From: an uncultured Bacillota bacterium
GTDB lineage: Bacteria > Bacillota > Clostridia > Acetivibrionales > DTU013
Length of the DNA stretch: 64,000 nucleotides
NCBI GenBank assembly: GCA_942493145.1
Contig: OW818679.1
Location: 740,901 to 804,900, forward strand
Direction: 5' to 3'
Positions within the stretch are counted from its first letter, which is position 1. Each line of letters starts with the position of its first letter. Positions 18,426 through 26,902 of the stretch are shown here, piece by piece. Both the position numbers and the translations under genes were made by a program. The notes below the pieces were generated by a model. That model made no database searches, was not told where the DNA came from, and was given only the letters and a program-made list of their open reading frames with translations.

Positions 18426-19241
18426 ATGAAAACTATAATCACTGCAGCCCTGACAGGGGCTATTGCACCAAAAGCAAAGAACCCCAACATACCAACCACA
18501 CCAAGGGAGATCGCTGAAGACGGCATTCGCTGCTGGAAAGCAGGAGCTTCTGTACTGCATCTGCATATGAGAGATGACGATTTTAAAGGAACCATGGATA
18601 AAAACCGTTTCGCTGAGACTGTGAACATCTTGCGCGGATCATGTGACGCGATCCTGAACCTTACAACTTCCGGTGAACTGGGAATTCCGGACGAGCGCCG
18701 CATGGAACACGTCATCATGCTGAAGCCCGAGATGGCAACATTTGACGCAGGTACGATTAACGCCGGCGACGGTATTTTTGAAAATAGCATCCCTTTTTTG
18801 TATAAGCTCGGGAAAGTGCTTATTGAAAACGGTGTAAAACCCGAAGTTGAAATCATGGATCTTGGCTTTATAAGCGAAGCGCAGCACTATATAAGCAAGG
18901 GCGTGCTTGTGAACCCTGTCCACTACCAGTTTGTGCTGGGCTTCGGCATCTCAGGAGCACCGGCGACACCCGAAAATCTGCTCTATATGAAGAGCAAGAT
19001 CCCATCCGATTCTACATGGTCTGCGTTCGGCACCGGCAATTCGCATCTGCCGATAATGTATACCGCGATCGCTGCTGGAGGGCATATACGAGTAGGTCTT
19101 GAAGATAATCTCTTCTACGGGCCGGGTGTACTCGCGACGAATGAGATGCTCGTACAGCGTGCCGGAAGGGTTGTTAAAGAGTTCGGCAATGAAGTTGCAA
19201 CACCTGCTGATGCCAGAGAGATATTAGGTCTGCGCAAATAA
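18426..19241 (+). CDS. Beta-keto acid cleavage enzyme (BKACE / DUF849, Kce family)
   Basis: IITAALTG, NIPTTPREIA, HLHMRD (Zn His pair), KPEVE, GGHIRVGLEDN. Confidence 0.92.
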   Translation: MKTIITAALTGAIAPKAKNPNIPTTPREIAEDGIRCWKAGASVLHLHMRDDDFKGTMDKNRFAETVNILRGSCDAILNLTTSGELGIPDERRMEHVIMLKPEMATFDAGTINAGDGIFENSIPFLYKLGKVLIENGVKPEVEIMDLGFISEAQHYISKGVLVNPVHYQFVLGFGISGAPATPENLLYMKSKIPSDSTWSAFGTGNSHLPIMYTAIAAGGHIRVGLEDNLFYGPGVLATNEMLVQRAGRVVKEFGNEVATPADAREILGLRK

Positions 19242-19250
19242 CGGTCAAAA

Positions 19251-19397
19251 TCGCCGGTTAAGCGGCGCAATTTGGACAACGACACAGTCTCCCCCACGGT
19301 CGTTGTTCAAACGCCACGCGTAAGCGGGGCGCGCGAAGCGTAGCGTAGGGCGGATTCATTCCGCCCGTAGCGAGGGGGCATGGGGGCTTGCCCCCAT
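19251..19397. repeat. GC-rich multi-hairpin intergenic element containing a GTAG-type REP-like palindrome
   Basis: Hairpins at 19272-19310, GTAG+GGGCGGA-TTCAT-TCCGCCC at 19345-19366, and ATGGGGGC-TT-GCCCCCAT at 19380-19397. Single copy in the window. Confidence 0.45.
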
Positions 19398-19441
19398 TGG
19401 AAATCGAGTGACGGCGCACTGGTGCCGGAATGGAGGAAACC

Positions 19442-20401
19442 ATGAAAACAGGAAAAATAGCATTTGTAGGCGCTGGCCAAATCGGCAGCGGATTGGCACT
19501 CAATTGCATTACCCACGGCATGCCAGTCGTCCTGCAGACAAGAAAGCAGACAGAGCTGGTAAAGAGCCGCATTGATTCGGGGTTGGTATTTTTCGTAGAT
19601 AGTGGCATCATTTCACAGGAAGAGGCCGACAAAGCCGCAAAGCTTGTTACAATTACTACATCCATTGAGGAAGCAGTCACCGGCGCCTATATGATACAGG
19701 AGTCCGGTCCGGACAGTATTGAGTTGAAGCATTCTCTTATTGAGCAAATCGAAGCTTATGCGCCTGAGGATGCCATTATTGCTACAAGCACCTCCAGCCG
19801 TTCCATTACGGAGGTGTTTTCAAAAGCGAAGCATCCTGAACGTTGCATGGGCGGACATCCCTATAACCCTGCCTATCTGATACCGCTGGTGGAGATCACA
19901 AAGGGCGAAAAAACCTCTGATGAATACGTAGTAAAGGCTAAAGCGTTATATGAGCAAATGGGTAAAGTACCCACAGTTCTAAACAAAGAGGTAATCGGCT
20001 TTATAGCAAACCGCTACCAGAGCGCGATCCATCGCGAGGCGGTAGACCTTGTGGAAAATGGGATATGCTCGGTCGAAGACGCTGATAAGGCCTTGGTCTA
20101 TAGCGTCGGTCTGCGCTGGAGCGTTCTCGGTCAATTCCTTTCCATGCATCTTGGCGCTGCTCCGGAAGGCTTGGGCGGTTTTAACGAGAAATATCATATC
20201 GACGTAACAAAGCCCGATGGACGTTTGAGTAATATGCCCACCTGGACGACTTTCCCTGAGAAATGGAGCGAGCATGCCAGTGTCGGTATTGAGGAAGCCA
20301 TTGCAAAACGCGACACCTCGACAGGAAACGACATCGCTTCCATAGAAAAATGGAGAGACAACATGTTGGTTGAAACACTTCGTCTCCATGGCATACTGTA
20401 A
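19442..20401 (+). CDS. 3-hydroxyacyl(-CoA) dehydrogenase family protein, carnitine/L-gulonate dehydrogenase-like
   Basis: VGAGQIG, IQESGPD, ATSTS, GGHPYNPAYLIPLVE, GFIANR, GLRW. Confidence 0.88.
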   Translation: MKTGKIAFVGAGQIGSGLALNCITHGMPVVLQTRKQTELVKSRIDSGLVFFVDSGIISQEEADKAAKLVTITTSIEEAVTGAYMIQESGPDSIELKHSLIEQIEAYAPEDAIIATSTSSRSITEVFSKAKHPERCMGGHPYNPAYLIPLVEITKGEKTSDEYVVKAKALYEQMGKVPTVLNKEVIGFIANRYQSAIHREAVDLVENGICSVEDADKALVYSVGLRWSVLGQFLSMHLGAAPEGLGGFNEKYHIDVTKPDGRLSNMPTWTTFPEKWSEHASVGIEEAIAKRDTSTGNDIASIEKWRDNMLVETLRLHGIL

Positions 20402-20446
20402 CAGACTAATGTATCAGATCATTCAGAAAGTAGAGGAGAGATTATT

Positions 20447-21307
20447 ATGGCTTTACAACCTTACATTCACGTTGAAACCTTTGAAGAATACAAGGAACGG
20501 TTTAAGGATTTTGCATACATGGAGCGTACAGAGGATGGCATTATTCTGGTGCGTCTTCACTGGAAGGGAGGACCTGTTGTCTGGAGCTATCAGACACAAC
20601 ATTGTTACGGTGAGCTTTGGACAGCAATAGGTCATGACAAGAAGAATGAAGTGATGATCCTTACTTGTCAGGATCCTTACTGGATGGTTCAGAAGAGCGA
20701 TCCTGCATCATTCGATGAAGTAGAAGATTCTACAGACACTGCACTTAAATATAACTGCAATATTCCTGACACAATGAATTTTGTTGAAAACTTCATCAAT
20801 GACATTGAGATCCCGGTTATTGCCGCGGTAAACGGAATAGGACAGCATTTCGAATTTGCATTGATGTCTGATATTACGATTTCTGACCCCGACTTTTATT
20901 TCTCCGATGCTCACTTCTCCCATAATATTGTACCCGGCGATGGTATGAATTTCTCTTATCGCACCTGCCTCGGAATCAAGCGGTCAACTTACATGGCGTA
21001 TATGGAGCCGAAAATTGACGCAAAAACTGCGCTGGAATGGGGCCTTATCCATGAAATCGTCGAGCATGACCAACTCATTCCGCGTGCCTATGAGATTGCT
21101 AATCACATCATGAAAACAAATCGCGCTGTCCGCCGTCTGACGCATGAACTTGCAATGCGTCCTTGGAAGAGGGCACTTCAGGACGATGAGCGCGTACACG
21201 TTCTTTCAGAAATGTATGCTGTTCAGCTTGAAGCAACACGCCACAATTTCGACAAAATTGCTGCTGATTTTACCGGGGATCGGCCTCAGCATAAGCAGGA
21301 CAAATAG
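20447..21307 (+). CDS. Crotonase-superfamily beta-diketone hydrolase (6-oxocamphor hydrolase-like), paralog 2
   Basis: GGPVVWSYQ, IEIPVIAAVNGIGQH, DAHFSHNIVPGDG, GLIHEIV, RAYEIA, LSEMY. Clear paralog of 16328-17170. Confidence 0.8.
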   Translation: MALQPYIHVETFEEYKERFKDFAYMERTEDGIILVRLHWKGGPVVWSYQTQHCYGELWTAIGHDKKNEVMILTCQDPYWMVQKSDPASFDEVEDSTDTALKYNCNIPDTMNFVENFINDIEIPVIAAVNGIGQHFEFALMSDITISDPDFYFSDAHFSHNIVPGDGMNFSYRTCLGIKRSTYMAYMEPKIDAKTALEWGLIHEIVEHDQLIPRAYEIANHIMKTNRAVRRLTHELAMRPWKRALQDDERVHVLSEMYAVQLEATRHNFDKIAADFTGDRPQHKQDK

Positions 21308-21383
21308 TAGTCTGCAATTCTTGATGAATTCTCATGGCCTTTTCAGAAAGCTTACCTCGGAATTTGATGAAAGGGGGGATAGT

Positions 21384-22442
21384 ATGAACATACTGGTTTT
21401 AAACCCGGGCTCTACCTCGACGAAGGTCGCAATATACCGTGATACGGAGGAACTGCACAAAAAGACACTCTCCCATTCCAGGGAGGAGCTGTCGGCTTTT
21501 CATAACCTGATGGACCAGCTGGACTTCAGGTATGGGCTAGTTATGGATTTTCTGAAAGAGGTTGGCTTTGAGCCTGCAATGCTCGATTGTATCATGTCCC
21601 GCGGCGGTTCCCCGCCAAATGTCAATTCAGGTGCAACGATCATCGGAGACCGTTTGGTCCAGGCTCTCCGTGAGCGTCCCAAGGAACCGCACCCAGCCTC
21701 CCTCGGACCGATCATAGCCGATCGGATCTCAAAGAGTGCAGGAATTCCGGCCTATATCTATGACCCCATCACCGCCGACGAGATGAACCCGATGGCCAAG
21801 GTATTCGGAATAAAAGGAATCGAACATGACAGCATGTGCCATTTCCTGAATTCGCATGCCATGGGTATCTCCGTGGCAAAGGAGCTGGGCAGGCCATTTG
21901 AAGAGCTGAACCTGATTGTTGCCCATTTCGGCGGCGGAAACTCTCTTTGCTTCTGGTCCAAAGGACGTCCGACAGATGTAGTCCCCGGTGATGCCGGCAC
22001 ATTTTCCTCCGAGCGCTGCGGTCCCATCCGTGGAGAGCGATTGCTTCAGCTGTGCAAAGAACATGGCTTTGAAACGCTTTCAGGCTGGTTCCACGGAAAG
22101 GGAGGACTTGTTTCCCTTTTGGGAACCAATGACCTGCGCGATGTGGAGAAGAAGATACAAGCTGGCGACAGCTACGCGCTTCTGGTTTTACAGGCCATGG
22201 CATACCAGCTGTCCAAAAACATCGCATCCCTGTTCCCTGTAACCTGCGGTAATGTGGATGGTATCATCCTGACAGGCGGAGGTGCTCACCTTGAACGCCT
22301 TGTCAACGAAATCAAAAACAGGCTTGCCTATCTGAACACCCCCATATACGTGCGACCCGGGGAAAACGAGATGCAGTCTCTTGCCGAAGGCGCGTACCGC
22401 GTCATGCGTGGAGAGGAAGACGCCAAGGAATATGTGGGATAG
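21384..22442 (+). CDS. buk: Butyrate kinase
   Basis: MNILVLNPGSTSTK, RGG, DEM, AHFGGGNS, FSSER, IILTGG, PGENEMQSLA. Confidence 0.92.
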   Translation: MNILVLNPGSTSTKVAIYRDTEELHKKTLSHSREELSAFHNLMDQLDFRYGLVMDFLKEVGFEPAMLDCIMSRGGSPPNVNSGATIIGDRLVQALRERPKEPHPASLGPIIADRISKSAGIPAYIYDPITADEMNPMAKVFGIKGIEHDSMCHFLNSHAMGISVAKELGRPFEELNLIVAHFGGGNSLCFWSKGRPTDVVPGDAGTFSSERCGPIRGERLLQLCKEHGFETLSGWFHGKGGLVSLLGTNDLRDVEKKIQAGDSYALLVLQAMAYQLSKNIASLFPVTCGNVDGIILTGGGAHLERLVNEIKNRLAYLNTPIYVRPGENEMQSLAEGAYRVMRGEEDAKEYVG

Positions 22443-22513
22443 AAAAGCACTGGATATGGAAAATGAAACGGAAAGAATGCGCGGGACATAAACAGAAAGA
22501 AAGGATTGTTGAT

Positions 22514-23431
22514 ATGGAACTGCATAGCTTTGAAGAAATATTGGCCATGGCGGGCGGAAGCGGCAAAAAAAGCATTATGGCTGTGGCAGGCGCCGGAAAG
22601 GCCGCCGTTATCGACGCAGTGCTCGAAGCCGTAGACCGTGGGGTCGTGGAACCTGTCCTGGTCGGTGAACCGGAGGATATCCAGGAATTGCTCCGGGAGA
22701 GAGGAAGAAGCGTTTCGGATTTCAATATCGTCAAAACAGCAGTGGGGCAGACCCCTGCGGAAACCGCCGTTGAGATTATAAAGGAGGGCAGCGCCAATTT
22801 CCTGATGAAGGGGTCGGTGGAGACCTCGGACCTGCTGAGGCCGGTCGTAAAAAAGGAAAACGGGCTTCGCACCGGACGGACGATCTCACATGTTGCCTTT
22901 TATCAGCTGCCCTTCTACCACAAGCTCATAATAACAACAGACGGAGGAATATGCGCGTACCCTGACCTCGCAATGAAGAAGGACATAATAATGAATGCTC
23001 TTGATGCACTGCATCTGCTGGGATATGAAAAGCCTAATGTTGCAGTGCTTTGCTGCAAGGAAACCGTTGACAAGAACATGATAGAAACACAGGATGCATA
23101 TGCGCTTAAGGAAATGAGCGAACGCGGTGAATTGGGAAGCTGTGTGGTTGAGGGCCCGATATCCTACGACCTTGCAATGAGCAAGGAAAGGGCGAAACTT
23201 AAGAAATACGATTGCCCGTATTCCGGTGATTTCGACATTCTTGTGGCGCCGAATATCCATGCGGGTAATATTCTTGGTAAGTGCCTTGAAATACTGCCCG
23301 GCGTCACCATGGCAAGCTATGTTTCCGGAGCCCGTATACCCATCGTGCTGACTTCCAGGGCAGCGCCCGCGATGGAACGAATTACCTGCATTGCATTGGC
23401 GGGCATTATCGCCACGCGCCACGGCGCCTGA
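22514..23431 (+). CDS. ptb: Phosphate butyryltransferase
   Basis: LMKGSVET, TDGG, VEGPISYDLA, DILVAPNIHAGNILGK, PIVLTSRA. Confidence 0.9.
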   Translation: MELHSFEEILAMAGGSGKKSIMAVAGAGKAAVIDAVLEAVDRGVVEPVLVGEPEDIQELLRERGRSVSDFNIVKTAVGQTPAETAVEIIKEGSANFLMKGSVETSDLLRPVVKKENGLRTGRTISHVAFYQLPFYHKLIITTDGGICAYPDLAMKKDIIMNALDALHLLGYEKPNVAVLCCKETVDKNMIETQDAYALKEMSERGELGSCVVEGPISYDLAMSKERAKLKKYDCPYSGDFDILVAPNIHAGNILGKCLEILPGVTMASYVSGARIPIVLTSRAAPAMERITCIALAGIIATRHGA

Positions 23432-23468
23432 TATTGCGGTCAATGGACCATTTGTGTTTGACGTAGCA

Positions 23469-23497
23469 TTGACATATAATGAATATGCAATTATAGT
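23469..23497 (+). promoter_or_regulatory. SigA-type promoter upstream of the Fe-S / Mo-enzyme-2 pair
   Basis: TTGACA-N17-TATAGT. Confidence 0.6.
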
Positions 23498-23674
23498 CAC
23501 AGAATGAAAGTTTAATCCATTGAATATATTGCCAAGATAGACCTATAAGCAGGTCTGTTTTGGTTATTATCATATAAGTGTATTGCATTCAATGATGCGT
23601 TATTACGATACCCTGTTGCAATATATAAATGATTATATTATTAATGAGGAAGATGAAAGACAAGGAGAAATCTC

Positions 23675-24001
23675 ATGAAGAAATATGGAATGCTTATCGA
23701 TGTATATTATTGCACTGGCTGTCATACGTGCGAGGTTGCCTGTCAGCAGGAGAATGGTTTTGAAGCAGAGCAATTCGGCATCAAGGTGACCGAACATATT
23801 CTTAAGAAAAGAAACGGGTTCACAATTGACTATGTTCCGTATATGACGGATCTGTGCAACTTCTGCATGGCCAGGGTTGCAGATGGCAGAAAACCTTCCT
23901 GTGTTAAACACTGTCTGTCAAGATGCATGTCTTTTGGTCCAATTGAGGAAATTATGGAAGAGGCTAGGAACAGCAAAAAAGGAATGATATTTATTAAATA
24001 G
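23675..24001 (+). CDS. Small 4Fe-4S dicluster protein, partner of the downstream Mo/W enzyme
   Basis: YGMLIDVYYCTGCHTCEVAC...CNFC....PSCVKHC..CMSFG. Confidence 0.85.
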   Translation: MKKYGMLIDVYYCTGCHTCEVACQQENGFEAEQFGIKVTEHILKKRNGFTIDYVPYMTDLCNFCMARVADGRKPSCVKHCLSRCMSFGPIEEIMEEARNSKKGMIFIK

Positions 24002-24044
24002 GAGTATTTGCCACCTAAGTCCGAAAAAAATAAGGAGAATACCT

Positions 24045-26588
24045 ATGGAAAATAAAGATAATGTCAAAGTAGTTAAAACAGGAGCATGGTCGGGCGGTCC
24101 TGGATGTCATGGCGGATGCGGTGTGGAACTGTATATCAAGGACGGTAAACTTATTAAAGTAGAAGGCGATGAGGATCATCCGTTTCTGCAGGGTCGACTT
24201 TGTCCAAGAGCTCTGGCTATGACCCAGTATGCCTATCATCCCAACCGTTTGCAGCAGCCATTGAGACGTGTGGGTGCCCGCGGTGAGGGAAAATGGGCTC
24301 CCATTTCCTGGGATGAGGCTCTGGACGAGATCGAGTATAAGTTCAAGAAGATCCGCCAGGAAGATGGCCCGGAGTCCATAGTCTTTGGTCAGGGTACCGG
24401 TCGTGATGCCGGCGGCTCACTGATCTTCCTGGCCTATGCTTACGGCAGCCCCAACTGGACGCTGTTCGGCCTTTCGGGTATTGCCTGCTTCACACCCAGG
24501 CTTGCTGCCATGAATATGGTTGCCGGTGATATCCAGTTCGAGGATGCAGCTCAGATGTCACCTGAGCGTTATAATGATCCTGATTTTGTAGTTCCTGAGG
24601 TCATGATCATATGGGGCCGCGGCACCCGCGGAAGCCAGTGTGCTGACCACTACTATTCCAGTCACTGGGTTGTAGACCTGATGAAGCGCGGCACAAAGTT
24701 TATCGTTATAGATCCGCGCCAGACGTGGATGTCCACCCGTGCTGAAAAGTTCCTGCAGGTTCGTCCCGGTTCTGACTGTGCTCTGGCACTGGGTATGCTG
24801 CACGTCATCATAAACGAGGAACTGTATAACAAGGAATTCGTTGAGAAGTGGACCTATGGCTTTGAAGACCTGAAAAAGCGCGTGCAGGAATATACGCCTG
24901 AGAGAGTTGCAGAAATTACCTGGGCAAAGGCTGAGGACATTGTCGACGTTGCCCGTATGTATGCTCGTGCAAAACCGGCTTCGATCCGATGGGGTCAGCC
25001 GCTTGACAGTAATGCAAATTCCATCGGTTCAATACAGGCCCTTAACTGCCTGTGGGCGATAACCGGCAATTTGGATGTTCCTGGCGGTGAGGTCATTGCA
25101 CGTCCTCCGTACAAGGTTACGCTTTATCCTTATTCAACATGGGAGACGGTCCAGCTGTACGGCCAGGAATTTGTCGATACGATGAACCAGAAGCGTATCG
25201 GGTGTGACAAGTATGATCTGGTTAAGAATTTTCGCTCCTGGGCTATTTCGGACGATGTTCTGGCCCAGATGGAGACGCAGAAGCCATATCCTATCCGTGG
25301 TCTGTATCTGTATACCAATAACTTCATGGCCTGCACGGCACAGGATCCACGACGCTATTATGAGGCTGTCAAGAAGCTCGAGTTCAACGTTGTTGCCGAT
25401 ACCTTCATGACGCCTACCTGTCAGGCTGTTGCAGACCTTATTCTACCGGGAACAACATTCGCGGAGAAAGACTCTGTATTTACGACCGGCGTTCCGCTTA
25501 ATGCGATTTCAAAACAGATTCAGGTCGCGGAATGCCGCAGCCATTGGGAAGTGGCATTTGAGCTGGCAAAGCGTCTGAACCCGCAGGCTGTGCCCTGGCC
25601 AACGCTGAAGGATCTTTTTGATGCTCGTCTCGCCGTGACCGGCAAGACGTTTGATGAACTGGCGAAGAATACATGGGATCTGGCGCCCAAGGATCATCCC
25701 TCTGGCTGCAGCGGCTACTATCGTTATGAGAAAGGACTCCTGAGAACCGACGGAAAGCCTGGCTTCAATACTCCCACCGGTAAGGTTGAGCTTTACTCTA
25801 CATTACTTGAAAAATATGGTGCCGACCCGTTGCCTCATCACGAAGAGCCCATCGAGAGTCCCATCAGCACTCCTGAAGTATATGAAGAGTATCCCCTGAC
25901 ACTGATTACAGGCCGTCGTATGCCCACCATGTTCCATAGTGAGCACAGGCAGATACCCTGGCTTCGTCAGTTTGAGGAGGAGCCTATTGTTGAACTTCAT
26001 CCAAAGACAGCAGAGAAGCTTGGACTTAACGATGGACAGTGGGTATGGATTGAAGGCGTTCGCGGCAAATGTAAGCGTAAACTAAAGGTTACCCCGGTAA
26101 TTCATGAGGATATTGCCATGGCGCCTCATGCATGGTGGCTTCCGGAATCAGAAGGCGCGGCTCCTAACCTGTATGGTATTTGGGATATTAATGTTAACCA
26201 GCTTATACCGACCGGCTTCAATCATCCACTGACTGGTTACGGCGGAGCACCGACAAAAACCATGCTCTGCAAAATTTATTCACTTGGTGAAAACGATGTA
26301 ATACCGACTGAGCATACCAAGGTTGACCGCCTTGATTTCTCGAATCTGTATGATATTGTTAAACAAGAGGATATGAACGATCCGAATTACCGCGGAGATA
26401 AGCCGACCGAATTTGCTACAGAGAAAAGCTGGGATATTCCGCAAAATACTCCTGTTTACAGTTTTAAACAGCCGCAGGGAAATATGAAAGTTAAGCAAAT
26501 GGATATAGAGGAAACGAATGAGCAGATACGCGAGTTCAAGGCCAGGTTCGACGGTCAGGTATTTGCACCAAGCAGTGAGACGAAATAG
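24045..26588 (+). CDS. Mo/W-bisPGD oxidoreductase, acetylene hydratase / catechol dehydroxylase-like clade, cytoplasmic
   Basis: WSGGPGCHGGCG..GRLCPR, YGSPNW..SGIACF (Cys Mo ligand), ADLILP, TPTGKVEL, LITGRR..FHSEHRQ, LCKI. No Tat motif. Confidence 0.85.
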   Translation: MENKDNVKVVKTGAWSGGPGCHGGCGVELYIKDGKLIKVEGDEDHPFLQGRLCPRALAMTQYAYHPNRLQQPLRRVGARGEGKWAPISWDEALDEIEYKFKKIRQEDGPESIVFGQGTGRDAGGSLIFLAYAYGSPNWTLFGLSGIACFTPRLAAMNMVAGDIQFEDAAQMSPERYNDPDFVVPEVMIIWGRGTRGSQCADHYYSSHWVVDLMKRGTKFIVIDPRQTWMSTRAEKFLQVRPGSDCALALGMLHVIINEELYNKEFVEKWTYGFEDLKKRVQEYTPERVAEITWAKAEDIVDVARMYARAKPASIRWGQPLDSNANSIGSIQALNCLWAITGNLDVPGGEVIARPPYKVTLYPYSTWETVQLYGQEFVDTMNQKRIGCDKYDLVKNFRSWAISDDVLAQMETQKPYPIRGLYLYTNNFMACTAQDPRRYYEAVKKLEFNVVADTFMTPTCQAVADLILPGTTFAEKDSVFTTGVPLNAISKQIQVAECRSHWEVAFELAKRLNPQAVPWPTLKDLFDARLAVTGKTFDELAKNTWDLAPKDHPSGCSGYYRYEKGLLRTDGKPGFNTPTGKVELYSTLLEKYGADPLPHHEEPIESPISTPEVYEEYPLTLITGRRMPTMFHSEHRQIPWLRQFEEEPIVELHPKTAEKLGLNDGQWVWIEGVRGKCKRKLKVTPVIHEDIAMAPHAWWLPESEGAAPNLYGIWDINVNQLIPTGFNHPLTGYGGAPTKTMLCKIYSLGENDVIPTEHTKVDRLDFSNLYDIVKQEDMNDPNYRGDKPTEFATEKSWDIPQNTPVYSFKQPQGNMKVKQMDIEETNEQIREFKARFDGQVFAPSSETK

Positions 26589-26590
26589 CT

Positions 26591-26889
26591 CAGTTCACGA
26601 TGATACTGAAAACGGGCCAATAGTGGAACTCTATCCGAAAATTGCGATGGCTCCGCATGGCTGGTGGCTTCCGGAAACAGAAGGTTCTGCACCTAATTTG
26701 TATGGTGTCTTTGATGTAAACGTAAATCAGCTTATTCCAATGGGCAAAAAGGGTAAGGCTGGTTATGGCGGTGCGCCTCTTAAGACGATGCTGTGTAAAA
26801 TCTATCCCATCTCTGAAGGGGATACAATACCAACTGCGAACACAAAAATGGACCGGTTGGATTTCACAAATTCATATGACAAGGTGTGA
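26591..26889 (+). pseudogene. Remnant of the C-terminal domain of a paralog of the upstream Mo enzyme, with a 35-codon internal deletion
   Basis: PIVELYPK|IAMAPHGWWLPE..DRLDFTNSYDKV* versus PIVELHPK(35 aa)IAMAPHAWWLPE..DRLDFSNLYD in 24045-26588. No RBS or start of its own. Confidence 0.85.
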
Positions 26890-26902
26890 ACAACGCCAGT
26901 GT

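Noticed and set aside
26518-26889. 123-aa ORF as an independent gene
   Set aside because: The first ~25 codons are an off-frame overlap with the Mo-enzyme tail, and the rest is a deleted paralog fragment. Recorded as a pseudogene.
8444-26889. Paralog relics as template repeats of a diversity-generating retroelement
   Set aside because: No reverse transcriptase is in the window. Mismatches are mostly synonymous and not adenine-specific, and the relics contain deletions.
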